Shown one piece after another: positions 54,532 to 64,000 of a stretch of 64,000 bases of DNA (within the stretch, counting starts at the first letter, position 1; each line of letters begins with the position of its first letter). Origin of the DNA: a virus (Duplodnaviria > Caudoviricetes); IMG/VR virus record IMGVR_UViG_2788499822_000003, positions 3,818-67,817 of that record, one strand, 5' to 3'. The notes beneath the pieces were generated by a model, which saw only the letters and a program-made list of their open reading frames with translations, was not told where the DNA came from and ran no database searches. The position numbers and the translations under genes were made by a program.

Positions 54532-57500
54532 ATGGCCACTTACAATACCGGCAATCCGCTGGGGTCTACCGATGCGCGTGATTTAAATGATAATGCGCAG
54601 AATTTCGATAAAGCCATCAATTCAACTGATCCTACATTTAACGACAGGTTGGGCAATGAGCAAACAACCTTGGCTGGCTTTGCCCAGAAAATTGACAGCA
54701 TCGAACCAACTGTAACCGGTGCTGTTGCCCAGGTTGCAGAGTTGGTTACACAAGCTGAAAATGCTGCTGATTCCGCATCTGGTTTAGGTAACGTTTATAA
54801 AACGATGGCTCTTGCACAAGCCGCTATTACCGCCGGTACAATACCAAATAATGGGTTATTCTCAACTATTTCAACCGACCCGTTGCGGACCTATGCCATC
54901 TGGCAAAACGTCAACGGCACGCCGACTGCCGTTATCGACCCGTCTACTGGCGCTCAGAAAACTTACCCGAGTGGAGCTGCGGTGGATGCGGTGGCGGAGA
55001 GTGTTGGTAAGAATACTCAAAATATAATAGACGGACCAACAATGGCATTTAATGTATTTCCAACCTCTAGCTTTTCAGTCTCTACCGTTGCTGGATATGC
55101 TATTGGTTTTGTGTCATCTCAACCTGTTATAAATCACATTTCTATTGTTGGTAATAACCATCTTCTTATCGACCATTATAATGTTGATATCTACTCCAGG
55201 ACTGATATGGTGACCGAAATTAATCCTGGTTCTGGAACCGATATTTTATTGTATAGTGGTTCTTTTACAAAAAATTCAGCAGTGGTATTTAATCCTCATA
55301 CTGTCATTGGATCGCAAAGAGTTGATTTTTCAATTCCAGCATTAAGCGTTTCAATGAGCACATTTACTATTGTTGTGATCAGGGCTTATGATGCCTCAAA
55401 TGCATTGTTAAGATTAGGTTGCGGAAATGCCGCTTATCAAAGTTCATTATCGTCTATTCAAAATGGCTATTATTTTTCTACATCTGGTGTATGGTCTAAA
55501 ATTACTGCTAATCAATTAGCAATTGAAGTATCATTTGACTATCAGACGCCTAATATTGCTATTGATTCAAAGGTTAATATAAATGGAATCACAAAGCAAG
55601 TAGACTATGAATCCGCAAGTTCTGATTTTTATGGTAATACATCTGGCGGTACAAGCGACTTTTATGGATGGGCAATTGGTTTTCCTTCAGTAACAGGAAC
55701 AGTCAATGCTATTTCTATTCAACACGCAAACGCACTTTTGTGTGACCACATAACTTATAGAGTTTTTTTGCGTAGAACAGCTGATATATCAAATCAGACC
55801 GGTTTAGGGTTTCTTGCCACGGATGTTAATGTTCACTGCTCAAAAATAATCACATCGAATATAGTCACTTCAAATGATCTTACAGAAATAGTTTATACTT
55901 TCCCATCTATAGTTATACCAGATGGATATTTTATAGCTATAGATGTATTCGGGTTAAACGCAGATGAAACAACCGCCCATCTTGGAGTAGGCGCATATGT
56001 GTATGCTAATTCTAGCGATGTTCCTGTTAATGCAATTCAGCGCGGATTTTATTATCAATATTCAACTGGCGATACGGCCCATTCTATCCTTGCCTCTGCT
56101 TTGAAATCGATAGCCTGTTCGGCAGGAGTAATTTCTATTACTCCATTAAGAAAACAGGTAATGAAATTATCTGCAGATTCCTCAAGAATAACAACTCTTG
56201 AATCAACGGTGGGTACGATTGATTCTTCAATAGTGGATAATGGTATACTTCCCCTTAATTTTTTAGAAATGACATTAACTGGTAAGGTAGATGATGCGCA
56301 AGTTTTAATAGGGCAAAATGGAATTTATTCTACAGGAGCAACATATACTGAATGGTATAAAACAAGGGTTGATTTGACTAATGCTAGTAATATAAAAGGT
56401 CTTTCAACAAGTTATAATCTTAATGGTGTATTTCTCCCGGCTTTAGTAATTTATAATACCAGCGGGGCAGTAGTATATTACATAGATAATACCTTGGCAG
56501 GCTCAACCCAGGTGGATAAAAGTTTTGATATTCCTGTTACTTCTGATATGTCTTATGCAATTGTTCAATATAGAAATACCAGACCTAATTTATACGTTGA
56601 GATAAACTATAGTCAAAACATATTGAAAGGTCTAGGTGAGAGAGTTTCAGATTTAGAAGCAGATTTCTCAATAGCAAATCTGAGTTTGATGGTCCCACAA
56701 AAGATATACACTGTGGCTAACGACATCGATTATAAAGTGTTAGGTCAACTTTACACTGGCGCTAGGGTAGCTTTGAAACGCCTTTTTAATGCATCAATTT
56801 ATCTTGATAACTTTATCCAGTATACCAATGTAGAACATTCAAATTTAAGATTTGATGTTGGAAACACAAGCCAATTGATTACTCCATATTCCCCGGTAAT
56901 TACAGCCGGAGCAATTGAAAATCCAAACCTGAACGGCGGGAATAATACTTTTGAGGAAACCATATCATACGGAATAGTTGGTAATTCTATTTCTATTGAA
57001 AATCATACATTAATTAACAGGTCTGTATTAAATTCTGCGTCAAAGGATAAAACACCTACAATTCTTATCATTGGTGATTCTGTGTCATTTGGTCAAAATG
57101 CATATTTTTCTAATAGCAATGCCAAATGGAATTATACAATGATCTTGAACAAGATGTTCAAGAAGGATAAAACGCAAAATGGCGGAACCGGTTATGGGTT
57201 CAGAACTGTAGGTACAATTAGCTTTACTGATACGGATGGCGATAAAAGCTATAACGAGGCGTATTCAGGGACAACGCTTCAAGGTACTGGATTATTCACT
57301 AATCCTAAATTCTTAGACGGTAGTAATGTGTTTAGCTTTAACAACTGGCTTACTAAATATAGGACTTGTAACGCCAATGGAGACCGTTTGTACTTTAATA
57401 ATTCTGGTGGAACAACGGGAACGGCTGGATCAAGTAACACGGGCTACCTGGCTAATGGTTCTGATTCGGGGCTTTTAATTGGTTCCACTATTACAAATAC

Positions 57501-58008
57501 TCTTTCCATGGATGTATACGAGCCCACACACGTTTTTTGTTTCCATTGCTCTAATGCTGCAATTTCTAAAGCGGATTACGATTTGTTTATTAGTCGAGTT
57601 AGAGCATCATTTCCTAACGCTATTATTGGGCTAGGAACTCCACACGTAGCTGGAACCTATTTCCCAAGTAAATATCCCAATGTAAAAAATTCAGCAATTT
57701 GGGGTTATGATCAAACTTATAATAATCGTCAAGTTAATACGGCTCAGGTATTAATAAATAACTATTGGGATTCTACAACCGAATCCAATAAAATTTTTGT
57801 ACTCCCTACTATGTGGGTAACTCCAGCTGGTGATGCCTTTAGCTGTGCAGAAGTAAACGACCCGTTTACTGATATCACTACGGGAGGAGTCAAGTTAATG
57901 CCTGTAGGGCAAAGATCTGATGTTCATGTTGGGAGTAAAGCTCAAGCCGCTTATGCATATCAGCTATACTCATGGTTAAAATGGACGGCTGCTAATAATT
58001 TATTTTAA
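54532..58008 (+). CDS. Tail spike/receptor-binding protein with C-terminal SGNH esterase
   Basis: Conserved anchor MATYNTGNPLGS; AT-rich body; IIGDSVSFG and DVH catalytic blocks. Confidence 0.82.
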   Translation: MATYNTGNPLGSTDARDLNDNAQNFDKAINSTDPTFNDRLGNEQTTLAGFAQKIDSIEPTVTGAVAQVAELVTQAENAADSASGLGNVYKTMALAQAAITAGTIPNNGLFSTISTDPLRTYAIWQNVNGTPTAVIDPSTGAQKTYPSGAAVDAVAESVGKNTQNIIDGPTMAFNVFPTSSFSVSTVAGYAIGFVSSQPVINHISIVGNNHLLIDHYNVDIYSRTDMVTEINPGSGTDILLYSGSFTKNSAVVFNPHTVIGSQRVDFSIPALSVSMSTFTIVVIRAYDASNALLRLGCGNAAYQSSLSSIQNGYYFSTSGVWSKITANQLAIEVSFDYQTPNIAIDSKVNINGITKQVDYESASSDFYGNTSGGTSDFYGWAIGFPSVTGTVNAISIQHANALLCDHITYRVFLRRTADISNQTGLGFLATDVNVHCSKIITSNIVTSNDLTEIVYTFPSIVIPDGYFIAIDVFGLNADETTAHLGVGAYVYANSSDVPVNAIQRGFYYQYSTGDTAHSILASALKSIACSAGVISITPLRKQVMKLSADSSRITTLESTVGTIDSSIVDNGILPLNFLEMTLTGKVDDAQVLIGQNGIYSTGATYTEWYKTRVDLTNASNIKGLSTSYNLNGVFLPALVIYNTSGAVVYYIDNTLAGSTQVDKSFDIPVTSDMSYAIVQYRNTRPNLYVEINYSQNILKGLGERVSDLEADFSIANLSLMVPQKIYTVANDIDYKVLGQLYTGARVALKRLFNASIYLDNFIQYTNVEHSNLRFDVGNTSQLITPYSPVITAGAIENPNLNGGNNTFEETISYGIVGNSISIENHTLINRSVLNSASKDKTPTILIIGDSVSFGQNAYFSNSNAKWNYTMILNKMFKKDKTQNGGTGYGFRTVGTISFTDTDGDKSYNEAYSGTTLQGTGLFTNPKFLDGSNVFSFNNWLTKYRTCNANGDRLYFNNSGGTTGTAGSSNTGYLANGSDSGLLIGSTITNTLSMDVYEPTHVFCFHCSNAAISKADYDLFISRVRASFPNAIIGLGTPHVAGTYFPSKYPNVKNSAIWGYDQTYNNRQVNTAQVLINNYWDSTTESNKIFVLPTMWVTPAGDAFSCAEVNDPFTDITTGGVKLMPVGQRSDVHVGSKAQAAYAYQLYSWLKWTAANNLF

Positions 58009-58453
58009 TTATTAGATAACCGTCAATTGCACTGAACAGCAATGAATGCAGGTGCAGATTATTAACCTACAAACTGGCTGACAGAGGACTTTAGCCGGGG
58101 GGTATTACAAAGACAACGCTTTGCGGGTCAGATTTGAGAAATCATCCCTCTGATTATGAGATGTCAGTTTACGGCCAAGCACTGGTCAACATATTTATGT
58201 GATAAAAAAACGGGCCAGGGTAGGCCCGAAATGAAGACAATAAAATGGAAACTTCGGGACTGAGATTAATTAGAAATTTCAGGCATATCAACCCTCATTT
58301 TACAATATGCGATATTCTCCGCAAATCTATTAAAATACAATGGTAGATTCTACGATATTATCTTTAGTCACCTGCACTTTAGTTCAGTTCTCGCAAAAAT
58401 ATGAAGTTGATATGCTCCTTAAGGTAATTTGAAATTAACCTAAGGAGAAAATT

Positions 58454-59143
58454 ATGATTGGAAACAAGGTTTCAGAAGTAAAACTATCGAATTCAATGAT
58501 TAGTCTGCTGGACCAATTTACTGATCCGTACGGTATTAAAGATTTAGATTCACGATATGTATATGTAAACATGGCCGCAGTATCATTATTTGGATTGAAA
58601 TCTCAGTCAGACGTAATAGGTAAGCTTGATATTGAAATTAAATCAAGGCTGACTGAAATAGATGACTTGGGACTTGAATTCGTTAGGCAAGATAGGAAAG
58701 TTACTGACCATGAAAGTAAGCTTGCTACCCTTGAAATTCATCCCCTGGCCGTAGATTATCCTTACATCGTAAATAAAATTCCATATTATAACGATGATAA
58801 TGAGTGCGTTGGGCTGTGTTTGTATTCCAAAAATTTGGAGGTTTATTCATTAAATGATTTTGTCAAAGGGCACATGCCGGGCTCATTGCTTTTGAATAAA
58901 CCTGATTATTTCTTTACAGAGCGAAACTGTGAGATTATGTTTTTTCGGTTGCAAGGATTGACAAATAAAGAAACAGCCGAGAGGATAAATCTATCACCAC
59001 GAACAGTTGAGAGTTATATGCAAATGCTATATGAAAAGGTAGGTGTTAATCATTTCGACGACTTCAAGAACTTTTGCATATCGAGAGATTATCATAGATA
59101 TTTACCGAAGCGATTTATCCATACGGACCATTTGGAGTTTTAA
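58454..59143 (+). CDS. PAS-domain LuxR-family transcriptional regulator
   Basis: GIKDLDSRYVYVN PAS; KETAERINLSPRTVESY HTH; AAGGAG RBS. Confidence 0.88.
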   Translation: MIGNKVSEVKLSNSMISLLDQFTDPYGIKDLDSRYVYVNMAAVSLFGLKSQSDVIGKLDIEIKSRLTEIDDLGLEFVRQDRKVTDHESKLATLEIHPLAVDYPYIVNKIPYYNDDNECVGLCLYSKNLEVYSLNDFVKGHMPGSLLLNKPDYFFTERNCEIMFFRLQGLTNKETAERINLSPRTVESYMQMLYEKVGVNHFDDFKNFCISRDYHRYLPKRFIHTDHLEF

Positions 59144-59292
59144 TAGCTAACTACTTATCGTCGGGATCTCAGTAGTTATTTTTATAGCCCGTATTTTGCG
59201 GGCTATTACATATAAAATATTTATTTAAACAATTTACTCGCAGGTTTACCAATTATCTGGCGGTATCTGTTATTTAAGGAATTAACTATAAA

Positions 59293-59556
59293 ATGAAAAA
59301 AGATTGGCATCATGCCGACATCATCGCATCATTACGTAAACAAGGGACTACTCTGGCAGCCGTATCGCGTAAAGCGGGCCTCAGTTCTAGCACATTGGCA
59401 AATACATTAGTTCGCCCTTGGCCAAAAGGAGAGTATATAATAGCAAAAGAATTAAAAGTCCATCCATGTGAAATATGGCCAAGCCGATATTACGATGCTC
59501 ACAAAAATTTAATTGATAGAAAAGTGCTAATTAGAAAAAGCCGATATCAGGATTAA
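59293..59556 (+). CDS. Ner/Nlp (SfsB)-family DNA-binding protein
   Basis: DWHHADIIASLRKQGTTLAAVSRKAGLSSSTLANTL...EIWPSRY. Confidence 0.9.
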   Translation: MKKDWHHADIIASLRKQGTTLAAVSRKAGLSSSTLANTLVRPWPKGEYIIAKELKVHPCEIWPSRYYDAHKNLIDRKVLIRKSRYQD

Positions 59557-59592
59557 AAAATATTTTTTATCGGTAGTAAATAATTAATTTTT

Positions 59593-59621
59593 AAAAAGCC
59601 CGCTCTGGGCGGGCAAAAAAA
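59593..59621 (-). terminator. Intrinsic terminator
   Basis: GCCCGC hairpin flanked by A runs on the plus strand (U tail on the minus strand). Confidence 0.65.
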
Positions 59622-59647
59622 CATCTATAAATATAATTATTTTAATT

Positions 59648-60142
59648 CTATTTTACTTCTTCTTGTTTAATGTTTTGTTTTGCATCATATTTTCCCGAGA
59701 AGCTTTCTATAAAATCATCAACTTTTTTCTCTATCTCAATTTCCTCTTTGGTGAGGACCGTGCTGATTTCTGTATTTGGTTCTTTTGCTATTTTTTGCTC
59801 TTGATGTTCTCTCCAGTCAGCTATCATGTCTTTAGTTACATCAGTGTTATAACACAGCACATCTTTATTTTCTTTTCTACTCCATGCACTGCGAGCCCCA
59901 CACCGAGAATCACCCTTTGCTCTCATATCAGGACACGGACAAGGTCCGCGTTTTGTTACGTGATACGTTAAGTAATCCTTCAGAATGATTTTTCTTATTT
60001 CATCATCTGTCTTTTTGTTCTTAAGAAGAAAATCATTTGAACTGGCTCCTTGAGTTATGTTTTCCGTTTGATTAGCATATATCGCTGGCGTTGCGAACAT
60101 AACGAAAAGAGATAATAAACAGGCTAATTTTGATTTAGTCAT
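59648..60142 (-). CDS. Exported protein with Cys motif
   Basis: Signal peptide; GPCPCP...RCGARSAWSR...LCY. Confidence 0.65.
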   Translation of the reverse strand: MTKSKLACLLSLFVMFATPAIYANQTENITQGASSNDFLLKNKKTDDEIRKIILKDYLTYHVTKRGPCPCPDMRAKGDSRCGARSAWSRKENKDVLCYNTDVTKDMIADWREHQEQKIAKEPNTEISTVLTKEEIEIEKKVDDFIESFSGKYDAKQNIKQEEVK

Positions 60143-60390
60143 AAAAGTCCTTTTAAACATATTTATTAATAAAGTAATTTTTTGCTCTTCTCTTGAGAAG
60201 AAATTAAATTATATAAAGACAGTCCTCAGTTTAAAAGTTATTTATTGAAAATCAACTGTTGACAATATTAAGAATGATAATAAAACTAACGATGTAATGT
60301 TATTCCAAATAACTAAATTATCCTTTATGTCAAAGACCTGCGATTTTCTCCCGCGTCGCTACTTCACAATTCCTCGTTAGCCTGCTTATA

Positions 60391-60406
60391 CTGTATGAAA
60401 CAACAG
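60391..60406 (+). promoter_or_regulatory. LexA (SOS) box upstream of umuD
   Basis: CTGTATGAAACAACAG fits CTG-N10-CAG. Confidence 0.85.
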
Positions 60407-60427
60407 TGTCATTTTGAGTAATTGGCT

Positions 60428-60847
60428 ATGAGATTTATACCTGCTGCTGAGCTTGCCGAAGTTATTCCGCTCCCATTCTTCGCGTCGCGCGTGCCCGCTG
60501 GCTTTCCTAGTCCCGCACAAGATTACATAGAAAATCGTATTGATTTGAATCAGTTATGCATAAATCATCCTGCTGCAACCTATTTTGTTCGTGTTACCGG
60601 CGACTCGATGATCGAGGGATTTATCAACGAAGGGGACATGCTTGTTGTTGATAGCGCCATTACCGCGAAACACGGCCAGATCGTCATTGCCGCTATCGAT
60701 GGCGAATTCACTGTCAAACAGTTGCAGCTCACCCCCACGCCGCGTCTGCTGCCGATGAATCCCGCTTACCAGGCCATTCCCATTCGAGTTGACGACACTG
60801 TCGAAATTTTCGGCGTTGTGACGTTTATCATTCACGCGGCGCCCTGA
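60428..60847 (+). CDS. umuD: DNA polymerase V subunit UmuD
   Basis: VPAGFPSPA cleavage site, GDSM, TVKQL. Confidence 0.95.
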   Translation: MRFIPAAELAEVIPLPFFASRVPAGFPSPAQDYIENRIDLNQLCINHPAATYFVRVTGDSMIEGFINEGDMLVVDSAITAKHGQIVIAAIDGEFTVKQLQLTPTPRLLPMNPAYQAIPIRVDDTVEIFGVVTFIIHAAP

Positions 60848-60849
60848 CC

Positions 60850-62118
60850 GTGTTTGCCTTGGCGGACGTGAACAGCTTTTACGCCTCCTGCGAAACGGTT
60901 TTTCGTCCGGATCTGACGGGTAAGCCTGTTATCGTTCTGAGCAACAACGATGGATGCGTGATAGCGAGGTCGGCAGAAGCAAAAAAGCTTGGCTTCAAGA
61001 CGGGTAATCCTTTTTTCGAGATCAAGGATGTCGTTCGCAAACACCGCGTGAATGTTTTTTCCAGCAATTATGCCCTGTATGCCGATATGTCCAACCGGGT
61101 CATGACCACGCTAGAAGAAATGGCACCATCGGTGGAAATTTACAGTATTGATGAAGCATTCATGAACCTGACCGGCGTCAGCAATTGCATGAGCCTGGAA
61201 CAGTTCGGGCGAGATATACGGGAACGGGTCAGGCAGCGCACTAAATTGACGGTCGGCGTTGGCATTGCCCCGACCAAGACCCTGGCGAAGTTAGCCAATC
61301 ACGCCGCGAAAAAATGGACGCAGACGGGCGGAGTGGTTGACCTGTCATCACCGGCCCGGCAGCGAAAATTAATGGCCCTGGTGCCGGTAGAGGAGGTTTG
61401 GGGCGTTGGACGGAGGATATCAAAGAAGTTGAATGCCCTGGGTATCTCTACGGCCCTACAGTTGGCCGACAGCCATCCGCCATTTATACGCAAGCATTTT
61501 AGCGTCGTGTTGGAGCGGACCGTTAGAGAACTGTCCGGCGAGTCATGCATCGCAATGGAAGAGTTCGCACCCACAAAGCAGGAGATTATCAGCTCGCGTT
61601 CGTTCGGATATCGCGCTACGGACTATCAGAGCGTCAGAGAGGCCATATGCGCATATGCGGAACGGGCGTCGGAGAAACTTCGCGGAGAGCGGCAATATTG
61701 CAAAAAAATTTCAGTCTTCATCAAAACCAGCCCGTTTGATTTGGATGAACCGTATTATGGCAACCAGGCGACGGGAGGACTCACAATACCCAGTAACGAT
61801 ACACGGGACATTGTTCGTGTCGCCAAGGAGTGCCTGGATAGGATATTTTTGCCTGGGATGCGTTATCAGAAAGCGGGCGTGATGCTGGGCGATTTCTACA
61901 GCGCCGGCGTTGCACAGTTGGCGCTATTCGACGAATATAAACCGCGGGCCAACAGTGAAGCGCTCATGCGGGTTTTGGACGGGATAAACCACTCGGGTAA
62001 AGGCAAGATATGGTTTGCAGGGCAGGGCATCCAGCAAGCTTGGCAGATGAAGCGAGCGCTTCTCTCGCCGGCGTATACGACGCGGTATGCGGATTTGCCG
62101 ATCGTGAAAGCCAAGTGA
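60850..62118 (+). CDS. umuC: DNA polymerase V subunit UmuC (Y family)
   Basis: MFALADVNSFYASCE, YSIDEAF, WQMKRALLSPAYTT. Confidence 0.97.
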   Translation: MFALADVNSFYASCETVFRPDLTGKPVIVLSNNDGCVIARSAEAKKLGFKTGNPFFEIKDVVRKHRVNVFSSNYALYADMSNRVMTTLEEMAPSVEIYSIDEAFMNLTGVSNCMSLEQFGRDIRERVRQRTKLTVGVGIAPTKTLAKLANHAAKKWTQTGGVVDLSSPARQRKLMALVPVEEVWGVGRRISKKLNALGISTALQLADSHPPFIRKHFSVVLERTVRELSGESCIAMEEFAPTKQEIISSRSFGYRATDYQSVREAICAYAERASEKLRGERQYCKKISVFIKTSPFDLDEPYYGNQATGGLTIPSNDTRDIVRVAKECLDRIFLPGMRYQKAGVMLGDFYSAGVAQLALFDEYKPRANSEALMRVLDGINHSGKGKIWFAGQGIQQAWQMKRALLSPAYTTRYADLPIVKAK

Positions 62119-62826
62119 TTACACGACAGGGTTTTCGATCCGCTTAATTATCGACTCGCCATCGTTATGAATGTTGCCGACAGCGCGGCCGACAGGGTGA
62201 AACGTAAACTCATCGGCGCCAATCAAATACTCGTGCGCCAGCTCCTCGGCGCGTTCCGGCGTAGTCTCGGGTGACATCCATTCGAGTGAAGCTTCTCGCG
62301 TCATGACCAGCGGCCGCCTGTCGTGAATATCAACCAGACCCTTATCGCTCGCAGCTGTGACAATCACAAAGCCGTCGTCATCTGGCGCATCCAAGGCATC
62401 GGGATGAAAGCGGCTGATGGCCGCAAAGAAAATCGGCTTCTTGTTTTTGTGATAGATGAAATAGGGCTGTTTAATCTTCACGTTGTCGGGATCTTTCTTC
62501 CATTCATACCAGCCGTCGGCCATGACCAGGGCGCGGCCAGAATTCCATAGCGGTTTGAACATCCGCCCTGTCGCCGCTGTCTCGACGCGGGCATTTATAA
62601 GGGGAGGGCGTCCGCTTTCTTTGGCCCATGCCGGCTGATAACCCCAATGAACGGGATCGAGGTGTAATTTATCCTCGCGCTGGTTCAGCAGCAGAACGCG
62701 GGTGCCGGGCGCAACGTTATATCGACCGATGGGCTCACCATCCAGTGCGCCGGCGAACTCAACGCCAGCGTTCAGGAATTCGAGGTATTCCTCACGCGTT
62801 TCAAACTGAGCAAATCTGCCGCACAT
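62119..62826 (-). CDS. yedK: SOS-response-associated peptidase (SRAP, YedK-like)
   Basis: MCGRF N-terminus, INARVET, GWYEW, IHDRRP. Confidence 0.92.
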   Translation of the reverse strand: MCGRFAQFETREEYLEFLNAGVEFAGALDGEPIGRYNVAPGTRVLLLNQREDKLHLDPVHWGYQPAWAKESGRPPLINARVETAATGRMFKPLWNSGRALVMADGWYEWKKDPDNVKIKQPYFIYHKNKKPIFFAAISRFHPDALDAPDDDGFVIVTAASDKGLVDIHDRRPLVMTREASLEWMSPETTPERAEELAHEYLIGADEFTFHPVGRAVGNIHNDGESIIKRIENPVV

Positions 62827-63277
62827 GATGGTCATCTTCATTACAGAGGAATCTTAAGTATAGAAAAGATTTAGAGGGGAGGACTCTTATCGAGCGGGCA
62901 TCTATTAGGGCACAATCAATGTTGTGGACGTTTGATGAAGCATGGGAACGGTACAATTATGGCCGTTGGGCTGGATGGAGAATAAACGGTGCGCTGATTT
63001 AAAAATTACCCGTAACGCCAGTTGGAGCATCCGGACCTGAGATGGCAGATAAAACCGGTACCAGACAGCTCTATTAACTATGTTCTGGTTGTTGAAGCTT
63101 CGTAGCTTATGCGTTGAACGATATGAGTAACGAGAAGTTTGATGATTGTCCAGAAATATGGGCTTAACAGACTGGTTCATCGGTAAGCTTTATCAAGTAG
63201 ATGAGAAAAAAATCATTGGAAATCAGTGATGGGAAGATTATCGTTGCCTCTGGCATACTTTTCTCAATGAGGTTTAC

Positions 63278-63664
63278 ATGAGATTCCCATTTCCTCTTCT
63301 CCCTGGTGAGTTCGAATTGCCCGATGAATGGCTGGCAGAGTTTGGGTTGACGACATCGATGTTTCCTCTCGCATTTAAAATTTCTTATTCGGGCACTACC
63401 ATATCAATTCCTCTTGCAATCATAGAACCTCCATGGCGGGGTAAAGAATTCCCTTCAGATTGGCGCGGTTTCAATAAAGAAAGGATGAAAAATATATTTA
63501 ATGGTATTATATTAAATGCTTATATGGTACCAGTACAGGTAATGGAACTTCCTTATTTTGATTATCCACCAAACCCCTTCAAATATAGAGTTTACGATGG
63601 ATTCCATAGGTTCTATGCAGCAATTGCATTTGGTTTGAAAGATTTGCCAGTAATTGTTTGCTGA
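63278..63664 (+). CDS. Small ParB/Srx-like domain protein
   Basis: VYDGFHRFYAAIAFGLKDLPV. Confidence 0.6.
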   Translation: MRFPFPLLPGEFELPDEWLAEFGLTTSMFPLAFKISYSGTTISIPLAIIEPPWRGKEFPSDWRGFNKERMKNIFNGIILNAYMVPVQVMELPYFDYPPNPFKYRVYDGFHRFYAAIAFGLKDLPVIVC

Positions 63665-63733
63665 TAAGAGTAATGTTTATTGCTAAGAAGTTTTTTTGTT
63701 TTGTTTAGATCAACATTCATATAAAGGATCCTA

Positions 63734-64000
63734 CTATCGTTCGACGATTTCACTAAACGGTGGCTCGATGCCGGCCTCGATGTAGGCGATGGATTTCTTC
63801 AGTTCAGCGAGTAATCGCTTGGCGTCGCCCAGCTTGATAGTGACGGTTTGCGATGGGAATTCTTCGAGCGGTAAGCCTTTCACGCCAGACAAACTGTCAA
63901 TATATGCGGTCGTTAGGATCACAAACTCACCCATAGCGCTGTGCGTCATGGCAAACTTACTGAGCTGTCGCATATGGCCGACATTGGATTCTCCACACAT
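63734..64000 (-). CDS. Hypothetical protein (5' end may lie beyond the window)
   Basis: Open to the window edge. Confidence 0.4.
   Translation of the reverse strand: MCGESNVGHMRQLSKFAMTHSAMGEFVILTTAYIDSLSGVKGLPLEEFPSQTVTIKLGDAKRLLAELKKSIAYIEAGIEPPFSEIVER

Larger units (their letters stand above)
1..62841. mobile_element. Lambdoid prophage (HK97-like head, siphovirus-type tail); left end, integrase and att sites not visible, right boundary approximate
   Basis: Canonical order: early-left, cI/cro, replication, Q, lysis, terminase, capsid/portal, tail, tail spike, right-end morons. Confidence 0.92.

Noticed and set aside
62842-63277. attR or tRNA integration site
   Set aside because: No tRNA 3' end or repeat partner is visible, and attL is not in the window.

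Overview
Almost the whole window is one lambdoid (HK97-type head, long non-contractile tail) prophage of an enterobacterial host; the host assignment is inferred from the gene families present. Left to right it contains: an early-left operon (modular Ead/Ea22-like proteins, DEDD exonuclease, YfdR/Q/P-like genes); a 1.4 kb structured non-coding region with C4-like nested inverted repeats; the immunity region (pL/OL, RhuM-family gene, cI, OR/pR, cro, CII-like gene); replication (initiator with five 22-bp iterons, DnaC-like loader); a nin-like region with three DNA methyltransferases and a TGT/DpdA-like protein; Q; a DUF3800 gene with a downstream structured RNA; a TAXI-family binding protein; the lysis cassette; an accessory/anti-defence island (Acb2, Pol III theta, two acr-aca-like operons each ending in an arm-less lambda-Int-like recombinase); two glycosyltransferase genes; HNH/terminase, head and tail genes; an AT-rich SGNH tail spike; and right-end cargo (PAS-LuxR, Ner, umuDC, SRAP). 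The prophage integrase and att sites were not found in the window. The strongest novelty candidates are the DUF3800 plus ncRNA pair, the twin [operator-small ORF-HTH-recombinase] modules next to acb2, the DpdA-like gene in the methyltransferase cluster and the late-operon glycosyltransferases. All family calls come from motif recognition without database searches. Many starts were moved from the ORF track to the RBS-supported codon.
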